A stretch of 61,933 bases of DNA, counting the filler. It is 7 parts of 7 records of this genome, joined end to end, with 100 filler letters (N's around TTAATTAATTAA, not from the genome) between each part and the next. Parts side by side here need not be neighbours in the genome. Positions count along the whole stretch, not along the records: positions 9,686 to 22,270 come from SRR31156797_53355; positions 22,371 to 31,853 come from SRR31156797_53395; positions 31,954 to 43,525 come from SRR31156797_53434; 4 more parts are not named here. One strand, given 5' to 3'. Positions 19,867 to 32,613 of this stretch are shown piece after piece. Made by a program: the position numbers and the translations under genes. Below the pieces are notes generated by a model. That model was given only the letters and a program-made list of their open reading frames with translations, was not told the origin of the DNA and ran no database searches. Within the stretch, counting starts at the first letter, position 1, and every line of letters starts with the position of its first letter.

Positions 19867-21063
19867 TTATTGTTGAGGGTTTAAATCATAAGGCGGCGTT
19901 TTGTGCCAGGGGGTTGTACTTTTGGCCATGTCCTGGCCTACTTTGAACAGTTTGGACATATAATCCGGGTCGAATAATTCGTTGGAATCCGCTTGAAACG
20001 TCGGCGGGATGAAGGCCAGATTAAAATCCGCACCGTCCCGCTCCGCGACATAAAATATTCTGTAAAGATCCCCGATACCTTGATTCCGGATCAGGCCGGT
20101 CAGGGACCGAGCGGCGATATCGCCCAGATTGGGGTTTACCTGAACTGGTTTTGTGGCCAATGCATCATTGCGGATAACATAGAGAATGATTTTTCGTGAG
20201 ATCCCGAGTTTGTCGAGAGTCTTTTTCATATGAATGCTCGGCGGATATGCGAAAACCTGATTGGTAACACCCCCGTCCACGTGCATCTCTTCGTATTTTT
20301 TGCCGTCGATTTCAAGGGAGAAATACATTGGTGGAAAAGCCACGGGAACGGAAGCCGAGGCGAGAATGACATCCCGAATAAGCTGGTGGGCTTTTTCTGT
20401 CTGGAGTTGGGCGATAGCTCCTATATTCCAGTAAACCGGGCGCATCTCGTCAAGGTTCGTCGTGCCGACGAACAGCCGTCGTCCTTTGCGATGTTCGGCG
20501 GCGATTTTGTTGATGACCTCTGTATTAACGTAGGTCTTTAACGCCTGTCGAAAAGATTTGACGTTAAATAGGCCGTCTCCCGCAAGAGCAGAACCGATCG
20601 GACGGGCTTTTACCAGATTGATGGTGCTGAATGTCGTGTAGAGAAGTTTGAGCGTGGCATCATATTCTGGCCCGAGAAAAGCGAAAGGGGCAATGAGCGC
20701 CCCGGTGCTGACGCCGGTGACGAATGTAAAATCAGGCCTGTCGCCTCGAGATGTCCATCCTGTCAGAAACCCTGCACCAAAAGCTCCGTCCGCACCACCC
20801 CCGGACAAACTGAGCACGGTAAAATCATCTGTCTTGCCCGTCACAACTTCCTGTGCAGCCCATTGAGCCAAAAGCAAACGCATGGCCGTTTTTTCCGGTG
20901 CTGAGTCTCCGTAAAATCTGATATACTTATAGTTCGGCAACTGCCCATCATTCAAAAGACCTTCCGGCATGGGGGACCTTTTGCCGCTACAGCCGATCAG
21001 TACCAAGGCCAGACATAGGAGCGTAACAATACGGAAAGTGATTTTTAAACGTATTATTTTCAT
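19867..21063 (-). CDS. Patatin-like phospholipase, predicted lipoprotein
   Basis: Lipobox LIGC, oxyanion SGGGADGAF, nucleophile GVSTG, catalytic VDGG. Confidence 0.9.
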   Translation of the reverse strand: MKIIRLKITFRIVTLLCLALVLIGCSGKRSPMPEGLLNDGQLPNYKYIRFYGDSAPEKTAMRLLLAQWAAQEVVTGKTDDFTVLSLSGGGADGAFGAGFLTGWTSRGDRPDFTFVTGVSTGALIAPFAFLGPEYDATLKLLYTTFSTINLVKARPIGSALAGDGLFNVKSFRQALKTYVNTEVINKIAAEHRKGRRLFVGTTNLDEMRPVYWNIGAIAQLQTEKAHQLIRDVILASASVPVAFPPMYFSLEIDGKKYEEMHVDGGVTNQVFAYPPSIHMKKTLDKLGISRKIILYVIRNDALATKPVQVNPNLGDIAARSLTGLIRNQGIGDLYRIFYVAERDGADFNLAFIPPTFQADSNELFDPDYMSKLFKVGQDMAKSTTPWHKTPPYDLNPQQ

Positions 21064-21138
21064 TCATCCCCACTACTGCGCGGAGCGCACATAAAAAGTT
21101 TCGGAAGGAAAGAGGGGGGGGGCGGGGGAGGCCCATCC

Positions 21139-22270
21139 TTATTTTTTTATGGCAGCCTGATGCTTTAATGCATCGCCGTTTTGCCATTTTTCCACATCTT
21201 TCCAGAATTCGCGACTTGGGAAGATTTTCCAACCATGGCCGAGCTTGAGCGTGACCACACTTTCCTTGGTGATGACTCCGAGAGTCACGTGCGTGTTGCC
21301 GGGGTAACGTTGCAGAATGGCCTTGAGCATATTGAGATGAGAATCCACGGCATTTTTTTCGCCGATCCAGAGCGGTACGGGCTTGTCCGATCCCTGAACA
21401 GCATCAGCCAGAAACATGACCTTGTCAGCTAAGATTTTGGCTGACTTGGGTGCTTCTTCCTGACCAGGCTCTTCACGAACATCAATTTTGCCTTGAATCA
21501 TGAGCGGACGGTCCGCATCGATAAGCTCTCGTGCATCCGCATAGACCTTGGGCAACATGGTGACTTCGCCGGATGTGGTCAGGTCTTCGGCCACGCAGAA
21601 CGCCATGGGGTCACCGCGCTTGGTAATGAACTGCTTGTAATCCGGGATGATCACGGCCACACGAACTTCTGTTCCGTTGGGAATATTTTTGCAGTCTTCA
21701 AGGGTTGAGGTGCGCAATCGGGCCAAATCCTGACGATAGGCAAGTAAGGGATGGCCTGACAGGAAGAAACCGAGAACCTCTTTTTCCAGGGCGAGTTTTT
21801 CCTTGTCATCAAATTCTTCAAGGTCAGAGCAGGTGGGCGAGTGCGCTGGAGCGTCTTGCCCGCCACCACCGAGCATGTCCAACATGTTCAACATGCCGGA
21901 ATCCTTCTCCTTGGCCTTCTTTTGTCCGAGGGCAACGGCTTTTTCGAGGTCTTCGAGCAGGGCGGCGCGGGAACAGTCGAAACAATCCAGTGCTCCGGCT
22001 TTGATAAGTGATTCCAAAACTCGTTTGGTCACACGGCGCAGATTTACCCGCTCGCAGAAATCGAAGATGTCCTTGAAGGGGCCGCCGTCGTTACGTTCAA
22101 CCACGATTTCGTTGATGGCCTCTTCGCCAACGTTCTTGATGGCGGCCATGGCATAGAGAATGTCGCCATTGAGCACCGAGAATCGAGCATGCCCAGCGTT
22201 GATGTTGGGCTGCTTGACCGTGATCTCCATGTCGCGACATGCGTTGATGTACATGATGATCTTTTCGGTG
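21139..22270 (-). CDS. dnaE: DNA polymerase III alpha subunit, C-terminal part (truncated)
   Basis: PNIN, AIKNVG, ESLIKAGALD, EKEVLGFFLSGHPL, OB-fold TKRGDPMAF. Confidence 0.95.
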
Positions 22271-22370
22271 NNNNNNNNNNNNNNNNNNNNNNNNNNNNNN
22301 NNNNNNNNNNNNNNTTAATTAATTAANNNNNNNNNNNNNNNNNNNNNNNNNNNNNNNNNNNNNNNNNNNN
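22271..22370. other. Artificial contig spacer
   Basis: N44-TTAATTAATTAA-N44. Confidence 0.99.
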
Positions 22371-23828
<1,458 letters not shown>

Positions 23829-23864
23829 CTACCAGATAATCACATTTCTCAATTGAGAAGCGGA

Positions 23865-26800
23865 TTACTCTTCGTCTTCTAGCTCGATGTTGATACCTAG
23901 CGAGCGAATCTCTTTCAACAATACGTTGAACGATTCTGGCATGCCAGGTTCCATGCTGTGGTCGCCATCTACGATGTTCTTATACATCTTAGTACGGCCG
24001 TTAACGTCATCCGACTTAACTGTTAGCATTTCTTGTAGCGTGTAAGCAGCACCGTATGCTTCTAGTGCCCATACTTCCATCTCACCGAAACGCTGACCAC
24101 CGAACTGAGCTTTACCACCAAGTGGTTGCTGAGTAACAAGGCTGTAAGAACCCGTAGAACGAGCGTGCATCTTGTCATCAACAAGGTGGTTCAGTTTCAG
24201 CATGTACATGTAACCAACAGTTACAGGACGCTCAAATGCATCACCTGTACGGCCATCAAACAATGTCAACTGACCAGACGTTGGAAGGTCTGCTAGTGAC
24301 AATAGTTCTTTGATTGAACCTTCGTTCGCACCATCGAATACTGGTGTAGCAATCGGTAGACCGCCACGTAGGTTACCAGCCAGTACGCGTACTTCTTCAT
24401 CGCTCATTGAAGCAATGTCGACGCTCTGACGAGTATCACCAAGATCGTATACCTTCTGTAGGAATTCGCGCAGCTTAGCAAGCTCTTGCTGTTCCTTAAT
24501 CATTTGGTTGATCTTGTCACCAATACCTTTAGCTGCCAGACCTAAGTGTACTTCTAGGATCTGACCGATGTTCATACGCGAAGGTACACCCAGTGGGTTA
24601 AGTACGATATCGACTGGCTGACCAGTTTCATCGTAAGGCATGTCTTCAACAGGGTTAATCTTAGAGATTACACCTTTGTTACCGTGACGACCCGCCATCT
24701 TATCACCCGGTTGGATGCGACGTTTCACCGCTAGGTAAACTTTAACGATCTTCAGTACGCCTGGTGCTAGATCATCACCTTGAGTGATCTTGCGACGCTT
24801 AGCTTCGAATTTCTTATCGAAGTCAGCTTTCAGTTCGTCGTACTGCTCGGCTAGCTGTTCTAGCTGAGTTTGTAGTTCGTCATCTTCTAGCGTTTGTTCT
24901 AACAACTGCTTACGGTCGATAGATTCAACTTTCGCTTCGCTGTAACCTGCAGCAAGTAGCAGAGAGCGAACACGTGCATATAGACCACCTTCAAGAATTT
25001 GGAACTCTTCAGTCAGGTCTTTCTTCGCTTCTTTCAGCTGCATCTGTTCGATTTCAAGTGCACGCTTGTCTTTCTCTACGCCATCGCGAGTGAAGACTTG
25101 TACATCGATAACCGTACCAGCAACAGAGTTAGGCACACGCAGTGAAGTATCTTTAACGTCAGAAGCTTTTTCACCGAAGATAGCTCGTAGTAGCTTCTCC
25201 TCAGGCGTTAGCTGAGTTTCACCTTTAGGTGTTACTTTACCAACCAGGATGTCGCCACCCTTAACTTCTGCACCAATGTAAACGATACCTGACTCATCCA
25301 ATTTAGATAGAGCAGCTTCACCAACGTTTGGAATATCTGCAGTGATCTCTTCAGCGCCAAGCTTAGTATCACGAGCCACACAAGATAGTTCTTGAATGTG
25401 GATAGTGGTAAAGCGATCTTCTTGAACAACGCGCTCAGAAACTAAGATCGAGTCTTCGAAGTTGTAACCGTTCCAAGGCATGAACGCGATACGCATGTTC
25501 TGGCCAAGAGCAAGTTCACCAAGGTCAGTTGATGGACCATCTGCGATTACGTCACCACGAGCTACAAGTTCACCCGGCATCACACATGGACGCTGGTTGA
25601 TACATGTATTTTGGTTTGAACGTGTGTACTTAGTTAGGTTATAGATATCGATACCCGCTTCGCCTGGTACCAACTCTTCTTCATTAACCTTAACAACGAT
25701 ACGAGATGCATCCACAGACTGGATAACACCACCACGTTTAGCAACAGCAGTTACACCTGAGTCAACCGCTACGTTACGTTCAATACCAGTACCAACTAGA
25801 GGCTTGTCAGCTTTCAGAGTTGGAACCGCCTGACGTTGCATGTTCGCACCCATCAATGCACGGTTCGCATCATCGTGTTCTAGGAACGGGATAAGCGATG
25901 CAGCGATAGATACTACTTGGTTTGTTGCAACGTCCATGTAGTTAACGTGTTCACGAGGGTGAAGACCAGATTCACCTTTTTGACGTGCTGTGATTAGCTC
26001 GTCGGCGAAAGTCGCTTCTTCAGTCAATTTCGCGTTCGCCTGAGCGATAACGAATTGACCTTCCTCGATAGCTGACAGGTAATCAACTTCGTCAGTTACA
26101 ACACCATCTACTACGCGACGGTACGGAGTTTCTAGGAAACCGTATTCGTTACAACGCGCAAACGCAGATAGAGAGTTGATCAAACCGATGTTTGGACCTT
26201 CAGGCGTTTCGATAGGACATAGACGACCGTAGTGAGTTACGTGTACGTCACGTACTTCGAAGCCAGCACGTTCACGAGTCAAACCACCAGGACCCAATGC
26301 AGAAATACGACGCTTGTGCGTTACTTCTGAAAGCGGGTTGTTCTGGTCCATGAACTGTGAAAGCTGTGAAGAACCAAAGAATTCTTTAACAGCAGCAGAA
26401 ATTGGTTTCGCGTTGATCAGATCTTGTGGCATCACGTTGTCAAGGTCGCCTAGGCTTAGACGTTCTTTAACTGCGCGTTCAACACGTACAAGACCAACAC
26501 GGAATTGGTTTTCTGCCATTTCGCCTACGCTACGGATACGACGGTTGCCAAGGTGGTCGATATCGTCCACTTCACCAATACCGTTACGGATCGCGATAAG
26601 CTTCTTCATCACTTCGATGATATCTATTTCATCAAGAGTGCCTTGCTCACCGGCGTCTTCACGACCGATCGAGCTGTTGAACTTCATACGACCTACTGTT
26701 GATAGATCGTAGCGTTCTTCAGAGAAGAATAGGCTATTAAATAGCGTTTCAGCCGCTTCTTTTGTTGGCGGCTCGCCAGGGCGCATCATGCGGTAAATTT

Positions 26801-27893
26801 CAACAAGCGCAGATATACGGTCAGTTGTGCTGTCAACACGTACTGTGTCAGACATAAATGGACCGTGGTCTAGATCGTTCGTAAATAGAACTTCTAGTTG
26901 CTTATATCCAGCTTGTGATAAGTTCGCAAGAGCTTCTAGGCTAATTTCTTGGTTAGCCGCGATGATAACTTCGCCAGTTGCTTCATTGATGTAATCTTTA
27001 GAAGATACTTTACCAACTGTGTATTCAACTGGTACTTCAATGAACTCAACGCCATCTTTTTCAAGTTGACGGATGTGACGAGCCGTAACGCGACGACCTT
27101 TTTCTACGTAAACTTTACCTTGAGCTTCGATGTCAAACGTTGCAGTTTCGCCACGTAGACGCTCAGGCACCAACTCCATCATTAGAGTTTGGTCTTTCAC
27201 TTCGAAGTTTACTTTCTCGAAGAAGATATCAAGGATCTCTTCAGTCGTCTTACCTAGAGCACGAAGAATGATCGATGCTGGTAGTTTACGACGACGGTCA
27301 ATACGTACGTATAGGTTATCCTTTGGATCAAATTCGAAATCCAACCATGAACCACGGTAAGGGATAACACGTGCGTTATACAGAACTTTACCTGAAGAGT
27401 GGGTCTTACCCTTATCGCTGTCGAAGAATACGCCTGGGCTTCTGTGCAGCTGGGATACGATAACCCTCTCGGTACCATTGATTACGAAGGTACCATTATC
27501 TGTCATGAGTGGAATTTCACCCATGTAGACTTCTTGTTCTTTAATATCTTTGACAGTACCTGCAGGCGCGTCTTTATCAAAGATCACAAGGCGTAGTTTT
27601 ACGCGTAGTGGTTTTGAATAAGTTACACCACGGATTTGACATTCTTTAACGTCAAAAACTGGTTCACCAAGACGGTAGCTAACGTATTGCAGCTCTGAAT
27701 TGCCGTTGTAGCTCTGAATTGGAAATACAGAACGAAAAGCAGCTTCAAGACCGTATTGTCCTTCTGGATCCTGTTCAATAAATTTATCGAAAGAATCAAG
27801 CTGGATCGATAGCAGGTATGGAATGTCCAGTACTTGTGGACGAGTACCAAAGTCCTTACGGATGCGCTTTTTCTCGGTATAGGAGTAAACCAT
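23865..27893 (-). CDS. rpoB: RNA polymerase beta subunit
   Basis: 1342 aa, [41 protein letters not shown]. Gammaproteobacterial, Vibrio-like. Confidence 0.99.
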   Translation of the reverse strand: MVYSYTEKKRIRKDFGTRPQVLDIPYLLSIQLDSFDKFIEQDPEGQYGLEAAFRSVFPIQSYNGNSELQYVSYRLGEPVFDVKECQIRGVTYSKPLRVKLRLVIFDKDAPAGTVKDIKEQEVYMGEIPLMTDNGTFVINGTERVIVSQLHRSPGVFFDSDKGKTHSSGKVLYNARVIPYRGSWLDFEFDPKDNLYVRIDRRRKLPASIILRALGKTTEEILDIFFEKVNFEVKDQTLMMELVPERLRGETATFDIEAQGKVYVEKGRRVTARHIRQLEKDGVEFIEVPVEYTVGKVSSKDYINEATGEVIIAANQEISLEALANLSQAGYKQLEVLFTNDLDHGPFMSDTVRVDSTTDRISALVEIYRMMRPGEPPTKEAAETLFNSLFFSEERYDLSTVGRMKFNSSIGREDAGEQGTLDEIDIIEVMKKLIAIRNGIGEVDDIDHLGNRRIRSVGEMAENQFRVGLVRVERAVKERLSLGDLDNVMPQDLINAKPISAAVKEFFGSSQLSQFMDQNNPLSEVTHKRRISALGPGGLTRERAGFEVRDVHVTHYGRLCPIETPEGPNIGLINSLSAFARCNEYGFLETPYRRVVDGVVTDEVDYLSAIEEGQFVIAQANAKLTEEATFADELITARQKGESGLHPREHVNYMDVATNQVVSIAASLIPFLEHDDANRALMGANMQRQAVPTLKADKPLVGTGIERNVAVDSGVTAVAKRGGVIQSVDASRIVVKVNEEELVPGEAGIDIYNLTKYTRSNQNTCINQRPCVMPGELVARGDVIADGPSTDLGELALGQNMRIAFMPWNGYNFEDSILVSERVVQEDRFTTIHIQELSCVARDTKLGAEEITADIPNVGEAALSKLDESGIVYIGAEVKGGDILVGKVTPKGETQLTPEEKLLRAIFGEKASDVKDTSLRVPNSVAGTVIDVQVFTRDGVEKDKRALEIEQMQLKEAKKDLTEEFQILEGGLYARVRSLLLAAGYSEAKVESIDRKQLLEQTLEDDELQTQLEQLAEQYDELKADFDKKFEAKRRKITQGDDLAPGVLKIVKVYLAVKRRIQPGDKMAGRHGNKGVISKINPVEDMPYDETGQPVDIVLNPLGVPSRMNIGQILEVHLGLAAKGIGDKINQMIKEQQELAKLREFLQKVYDLGDTRQSVDIASMSDEEVRVLAGNLRGGLPIATPVFDGANEGSIKELLSLADLPTSGQLTLFDGRTGDAFERPVTVGYMYMLKLNHLVDDKMHARSTGSYSLVTQQPLGGKAQFGGQRFGEMEVWALEAYGAAYTLQEMLTVKSDDVNGRTKMYKNIVDGDHSMEPGMPESFNVLLKEIRSLGINIELEDEE

Positions 27894-28062
27894 GGGGTTC
27901 CTCAGCTCGCTGATAAGTGACCCAAACTGTCCCCCTAAAAGGATTAGGACAGTGACTAAATCGCTGTTTACTGTAGTGACGTTTAACGAAGTTCGATAAA
28001 CGCTTTTTGCATGGTTATGGGACGCTTAAACAGCGGGAAAATTCGCCCATACCCTACAGCGC

Positions 28063-28093
28063 AAAAAGGCCGGTGGTTATTAAACCACCAGCC
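28063..28093 (-). terminator. rplL-rpoB attenuator/terminator
   Basis: Minus strand GGCTGGTGGTT-TAAT-AACCACCGGCC-TTTTT, at the position of the known enterobacterial rplL-rpoB attenuator. Confidence 0.85.
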
Positions 28094-28125
28094 ATTAGCC
28101 TTTCGGCTAAGAAATTAAGTAATAA

Positions 28126-28494
28126 TTACTTAACTTCAACAGATGCACCAGCTGCTTCTAGATCAGCTTTAAGAGCTTCAGCTTCTTCTTTAGAAACTGC
28201 TTCTTTAAGAGGTGCTGGAGCACCGTCTACAAGACCTTTAGCTTCTTTAAGACCTAGGCCAGTTGCGCCACGTACTGCTTTGATTACAGCAACTTTGTTA
28301 GCGCCAGCTGCAGTTAGGATTACGTCAAATTCAGTTTGCTCAGCAGCAGCTTCGCCACCAGCAGCACCGCCAGCTACAACAGCAGCAGCAGCAGATACAC
28401 CGAATTTTTCTTCCATTGCAGTGATTAGTTCAACAACTTGCATTACAGACATTTCTGCAACAGCGTCTAGGATTTGCTCGTTAGTAATAGACAT
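28126..28494 (-). CDS. rplL: 50S ribosomal protein L7/L12
   Basis: [37 protein letters not shown]. Confidence 0.99.
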   Translation of the reverse strand: MSITNEQILDAVAEMSVMQVVELITAMEEKFGVSAAAAVVAGGAAGGEAAAEQTEFDVILTAAGANKVAVIKAVRGATGLGLKEAKGLVDGAPAPLKEAVSKEEAEALKADLEAAGASVEVK

Positions 28495-28552
28495 AACAAT
28501 TCTCTTTTAAGTCAACAATAAGTTTATTTTGCAACCAGTAAAAAGCAAGCAA

Positions 28553-29041
28553 TTAAGCAGCTTCTTTTTGATCACGGATAGCAGCGATAGTACGTACCAG
28601 TTTTGCAGCAGAAGCTTCTTTCATGCACATCATTAGGCGTGCAATAGCTTCGTCGTAAGTTGGTAGTGTCGCTAGTACTTCAACGTCAGTGATAGAACCT
28701 TCGAATGCAGCAGCTTTGATCTCGAATTCTTTGTTCTCTTTAGCGAAGTCTTTGAAAAGACGCGCAGCAGCACCAGGGTGCTCGTTAGAGAAACCGATCA
28801 AAGTTGGACCTACGAATGTGTCTTGTAGACACTCGTAGTCTGTGCCTTCTACAGCGCGACGAGCTAGTGTGTTACGAACAACTTTTAGGTAAACGCCAGC
28901 TTCACGAGCTTGTTTACGTAGAGTAGTCATAGCAGCAACTTGAACGCCACGAGAGTCAGCAACAACTGCAGAAAGTGCACCACTGGCCGCTTCGTTGACT
29001 TCAGCAACAATTGCTTTTTTGTCTTGAAGGTTTAAAGCCAT
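28553..29041 (-). CDS. rplJ: 50S ribosomal protein L10
   Basis: [31 protein letters not shown]. Confidence 0.99.
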   Translation of the reverse strand: MALNLQDKKAIVAEVNEAASGALSAVVADSRGVQVAAMTTLRKQAREAGVYLKVVRNTLARRAVEGTDYECLQDTFVGPTLIGFSNEHPGAAARLFKDFAKENKEFEIKAAAFEGSITDVEVLATLPTYDEAIARLMMCMKEASAAKLVRTIAAIRDQKEAA

Positions 29042-29159
29042 CTTGGATTACTCCTGGTTGTTATTACACCACTCACTATTATCACAACAGTGAGAGATAA
29101 TTAGGTGCAGTCCCAGAAGAAAGGTAACCCATTCTTTAAAATAAAAAATGAAAATCTTT

Positions 29160-29275
29160 CTGTCAGGTTCGGGCACCATCTACGTAGGTTTTATTAAGTT
29201 ATCAATTGATAACGCCTACGGTCTTGGACGGAGACTGAAGTTAAATCCTTAAAAGAATAGAGCTTCAGCCCCAAC
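29160..29275 (-). promoter_or_regulatory. L10 leader (rplJL autogenous translational operator)
   Basis: Minus strand CCGTCCAAGACCGTAGGCG-hairpin-TTAAT..CCTACGTAGATGG in the rplJ 5' UTR, resembling the gammaproteobacterial L10 leader. Boundaries are approximate. Confidence 0.8.
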
Positions 29276-29283
29276 CACAAATA

Positions 29284-29322
29284 TTAGGCGCAAAATTATA
29301 CACAAATTTCGCGCCTAAGCAA
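29284..29322 (-). promoter_or_regulatory. rplJ promoter embedded in a GC-containing inverted repeat
   Basis: TTGCTT (29317-29322)-16 nt-TATAAT (29295-29300), followed by a GC-rich discriminator TTTGCGCC. Confidence 0.75.
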
Positions 29323-29327
29323 ATGCA

Positions 29328-30032
29328 TTATTGAGCTAGTGTGTTCAGAGTATTCTGATCAACAGCTACGCCAGCACCCATAGTAGTAGAGATGCTTACC
29401 TTCTTCAGGAAAGTACCTTTCGCTGAAGATGGTTTTGCTTTCTTAAGCGCAACTAGTAGAGCTTCTAAGTTCTCTTGTAGTTGGTTGCCTTCGAAAGACA
29501 CCTTACCGATAGTAGTATGGATGATGCCGTTTTTGTCGTTACGGTAACGAACCTGACCAGCTTTAGCGTTCTTAACCGCTTCAGCAACGTTAGGAGTTAC
29601 AGTACCAACTTTAGGGTTTGGCATTAGGCCGCGTGGACCAAGGATAGTACCAAGTTGACCTACAACGCGCATTGCATCTGGAGATGCGATAACTACGTCA
29701 AAGTTCATCTCGCCTTTCTTCACTTGATCAGCAAGCTCTTCCATACCCACTAGGTCAGCACCAGCTTCTTTAGCAGCTTCAGCGTTAGCACCTTGAGTGA
29801 ATACAGCAACGCGAATATCACGACCAGTACCGTGTGGTAGTACAGTTGCACCACGTACGTTTTGGTCAGATTTACGAGCGTCGATACCTAGGTTAACAGC
29901 AACGTCAACAGATTCTACGAATTTTGCAGTTGCTAGTTCTTTAAGAAGAGCAACAGCTTCGTTGATTTCGTACTCTTTAGTAACATCCACTTTTTCGCGG
30001 ATAGTACGCATGCGCTTAGTTAGTTTTGCCAT
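29328..30032 (-). CDS. rplA: 50S ribosomal protein L1
   Basis: [31 protein letters not shown]. Confidence 0.99.
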   Translation of the reverse strand: MAKLTKRMRTIREKVDVTKEYEINEAVALLKELATAKFVESVDVAVNLGIDARKSDQNVRGATVLPHGTGRDIRVAVFTQGANAEAAKEAGADLVGMEELADQVKKGEMNFDVVIASPDAMRVVGQLGTILGPRGLMPNPKVGTVTPNVAEAVKNAKAGQVRYRNDKNGIIHTTIGKVSFEGNQLQENLEALLVALKKAKPSSAKGTFLKKVSISTTMGAGVAVDQNTLNTLAQ

Positions 30033-30036
30033 CGTC

Positions 30037-30465
30037 TTAACCCTCTACCACTAGGCCCATTGAACGAGCAGTGCCCGCAATAGAACGCTTCATTGCTTCG
30101 ATGTCAGCACCAGTAAGGTCAGCAGCTTTAGTTTCTGCGATCTCTTGGATTTGTGCATCAGTGATAGTACCCACTTTTTCAGTGTTTGGACGACCTGAAC
30201 CAGACTTGATACCAGCGGCTTTCTTAAGAAGAACTGCAGCAGGTGGAGTCTTAGTTTCGAACGTGAAAGAACGGTCGCTGTATACAGTGATAACAACTGG
30301 GATTGGTAGACCTTTCTCAACAGATTCTGTTTTTGCGTTGAACGCTTTACAGAATTCCATGATGTTCACACCACGTTGACCTAGTGCAGGACCAACCGGT
30401 GGACTTGGGTTAGCCATACCCGCTGCAACTTGCAGCTTGATATAAGCTTCAACTTTCTTAGCCAT
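30037..30465 (-). CDS. rplK: 50S ribosomal protein L11
   Basis: [31 protein letters not shown]. Start at ATG 30465. Confidence 0.99.
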   Translation of the reverse strand: MAKKVEAYIKLQVAAGMANPSPPVGPALGQRGVNIMEFCKAFNAKTESVEKGLPIPVVITVYSDRSFTFETKTPPAAVLLKKAAGIKSGSGRPNTEKVGTITDAQIQEIAETKAADLTGADIEAMKRSIAGTARSMGLVVEG

Positions 30466-30515
30466 GATATTTCCTAATTTTGGGTACAAACGCTAATCTA
30501 CGATCAGCTCCCCGA
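30466..30515 (-). promoter_or_regulatory. L1-binding operator in the rplK leader
   Basis: Minus strand GGGGAG-hairpin-GCG..TACCC next to the RBS, at the position of the known L1 translational operator. Confidence 0.65.
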
Positions 30516-30572
30516 AGTTACTAAAACCGATTAAAGGGCAAATAGAGCCAAATAAAAGGCATTAAGACCTGT

Positions 30573-30614
30573 AAAAAGGCGCGAAATTATAATCAGATTC
30601 CGCGCCTTGCACAA
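30573..30614 (-). promoter_or_regulatory. rplK promoter overlapping the nusG terminator hairpin
   Basis: TTGTGC (30609-30614)-17 nt-TATAAT (30586-30591), inside the hairpin AAGGCGCGGAAT..ATTTCGCGCCTTTTT. Confidence 0.8.
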
Positions 30615-30632
30615 GCCTAAAAAGGTGTTTTT

Positions 30633-31181
30633 TTAATCAAGTTTTTCAACTTGACCAAATTCAAGCTCAACAGGTGTCGCACGACCAAAGATCGATACTG
30701 ACACTTTCAAGCGGCTCTTCTCATAATCCACTTCTTCAACCGTACCGTTAAAGTCAGCAAATGGACCATCGTTAACACGAACGACTTCACCCGCTTCGAA
30801 CATAGTCTTAGGACGTGGAGCTTCGCTCGCTTTCTCTAGACGGTTCAGAATCGCGTCTGCTTCTTTATCAGTAATTGGTGCTGGACGATCAGAAGTGCCA
30901 CCAATGAAGCCCATTACACGAGGGACGCTGCGAACTAAGTGCCAAGATTCATCATTCATAATCATTTGCACCAGCACGTAGCCAGGGAAGAATTTACGTT
31001 CACTCTTACGGCGTTGACCCGCGCGCATCTCAACAACTTCTTCAGTTGGGACAAGCACTTCACCGAATAGGTCTTCCATGCTGTGCATCTTGATATGTTC
31101 ACGTAGAGATTGTGCTACGCGACCTTCAAAGCCAGAAAAAGCTTGAACTACATACCAACGTTTTTTAGGAGCTTCACTCAT
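30633..31181 (-). CDS. nusG: Transcription antitermination factor NusG
   Basis: [44 protein letters not shown]. Confidence 0.99.
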   Translation of the reverse strand: MSEAPKKRWYVVQAFSGFEGRVAQSLREHIKMHSMEDLFGEVLVPTEEVVEMRAGQRRKSERKFFPGYVLVQMIMNDESWHLVRSVPRVMGFIGGTSDRPAPITDKEADAILNRLEKASEAPRPKTMFEAGEVVRVNDGPFADFNGTVEEVDYEKSRLKVSVSIFGRATPVELEFGQVEKLD

Positions 31182-31192
31182 GTATTAACCCT

Positions 31193-31573
31193 CTATACCC
31201 CAGTAGCAAAGGCCACTAGACGAACCATAATTCCGTCAATGCCCCAAAGTACTAGAGCCATTACAATACTTACTGCCAACACGATCAGTGTAGTTTGCAT
31301 AGTCTCTTGGCGTGTAGGCCAAACGACTTTACGAACTTCCATTCGTGATTCGCGAGCAAAACTGATTGCAGCTTTGCCTTTTACTGTCATTGCAGCAACA
31401 CCAAGAGCGGCAGCAATTAATACGATTACACCTGCAGCACGAATTACTACAGACATTTCACCATACAGGTAATTACCCACAACAGCGGCAGCTAGCAGAG
31501 CAAAAGTGACAATCCACTTAAAGATATCTGCTGCATTTGAGCTATCAGGAGCTTCAGCATTGTTTGCTTTCAT
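31193..31573 (-). CDS. secE: Preprotein translocase subunit SecE (3-TM form)
   Basis: [13 protein letters not shown] motif. Start placed at MKANNAE (31573). Confidence 0.97.
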   Translation of the reverse strand: MKANNAEAPDSSNAADIFKWIVTFALLAAAVVGNYLYGEMSVVIRAAGVIVLIAAALGVAAMTVKGKAAISFARESRMEVRKVVWPTRQETMQTTLIVLAVSIVMALVLWGIDGIMVRLVAFATGV

Positions 31574-31760
31574 AAACCAACCTGTCAAAAGTCTCACTAT
31601 AGACGACAACAACCCCGCTGCTGCAGGGCAAATCCATAACACCAAGGAAAAACCCTTGATGTACTCTTTTTAATTGATCAAAAGGCAGCTCTTGACCAAA
31701 AAATTCTGTGTTTTGGTACCGACTTGTATAAAAAACTAGCAGGCACTTAATACAGCGCAT

Positions 31761-31788
31761 AAAAAGGGCATCAAATGATGCCCTTTTT
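31761..31788 (-). terminator. tuf terminator
   Basis: AAAAAGGGCATCA-AA-TGATGCCCTTTTT, with symmetric A/T tails. Confidence 0.9.
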
Positions 31789-31807
31789 ACTAGTGCTACG
31801 TCAAATC

Positions 31808-31853
31808 TTATTCAAAGATTTTCGCTACAACACCAGCACCAACTGTACGGCCA
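31808..31853 (-). CDS. tuf: Elongation factor Tu, extreme C-terminus (truncated)
   Basis: Manual translation GRTVGAGVVAKIFE*, in the canonical position upstream of secE. Confidence 0.93.
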
Positions 31854-31953
31854 NNNNNNNNNNNNNNNNNNNNNNNNNNNNNNNNNNNNNNNNNNNNTTA
31901 ATTAATTAANNNNNNNNNNNNNNNNNNNNNNNNNNNNNNNNNNNNNNNNNNNN
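31854..31953. other. Artificial contig spacer
   Basis: N44-TTAATTAATTAA-N44. Confidence 0.99.
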
Positions 31954-32025
31954 AAGAAACTAATTAAAATTTATATAATTATGATTAGCTTTCTTTAGCG
32001 TAAGATAAAATTACAATGAAGGGGA

Positions 32026-32613
32026 GTGATATCTTTGGTGTATAAAGCTGTGGTTTTAGGAGTATCAGCTGGTGGTATGAAAGCTCTTGAGATTCTTTTT
32101 AAACATTTAAAGTCAGGATTTAAATTACCAATCATAATTGTTCAACATACCAGTCCTGCTTCGAAAAATTATTTGGTTAAATTTTTACAAAAGTTTACTG
32201 AATTAAATGTAAAAGAAGCTGCAGAAAAAGAAAAAATATTAGCTGGAAATGTATATATTGCTCCTCCAAATTATCATCTGTTAGTTGAGCTTGATGAAAC
32301 TTTATCTTTAACTGTTGAAGAGAAAGTTAGTTTCGCAAGACCCTCTATAGATGTGTTGTTTGAAACAGCTTCTGATTGTTATAAATATAAATTGATAGGA
32401 GTGGTTTTAACCGGTGCAAACTCTGATGGAGCAAAAGGAAGTGTGAAAATTAAGAGAAATGGTGGTTATATTATTGTTCAAGATCCTCTTAGTGCAGAAG
32501 TAGAGTCAATGCCGGAGTCGGTTATTAGAGCAACATCAGTTGACTATAAAGGAGACTTAATTGGGATTGCAAAAAAATTAGGAGAACTGGGGGAAAAAGA
32601 ATGGCAAATATAA
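32026..32613 (+). CDS. cheB: CheB-type methylesterase, catalytic domain only
   Basis: GVSAGG (Ser), IVQH (His), RPSIDVLF, LTGANSDG (Asp). No REC domain. The true start may be 32035 or 32038, behind GGGGAG. Confidence 0.9.
   Translation: MISLVYKAVVLGVSAGGMKALEILFKHLKSGFKLPIIIVQHTSPASKNYLVKFLQKFTELNVKEAAEKEKILAGNVYIAPPNYHLLVELDETLSLTVEEKVSFARPSIDVLFETASDCYKYKLIGVVLTGANSDGAKGSVKIKRNGGYIIVQDPLSAEVESMPESVIRATSVDYKGDLIGIAKKLGELGEKEWQI

Noticed and set aside
26290..26380. Possible rifampicin-resistance substitutions in RpoB cluster I
   Set aside because: [26 protein letters not shown] retains the usual sensitive-type Gln, Asp, His and Ser residues.
28007..28510. 167-aa plus-strand ORF
   Set aside because: It is the antisense of rplL, produced by strong codon bias.
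31574..31807. tRNA gene between tuf and secE
   Set aside because: No cloverleaf or T-loop/CCA pattern is seen, only a terminator and promoter-like sequence.
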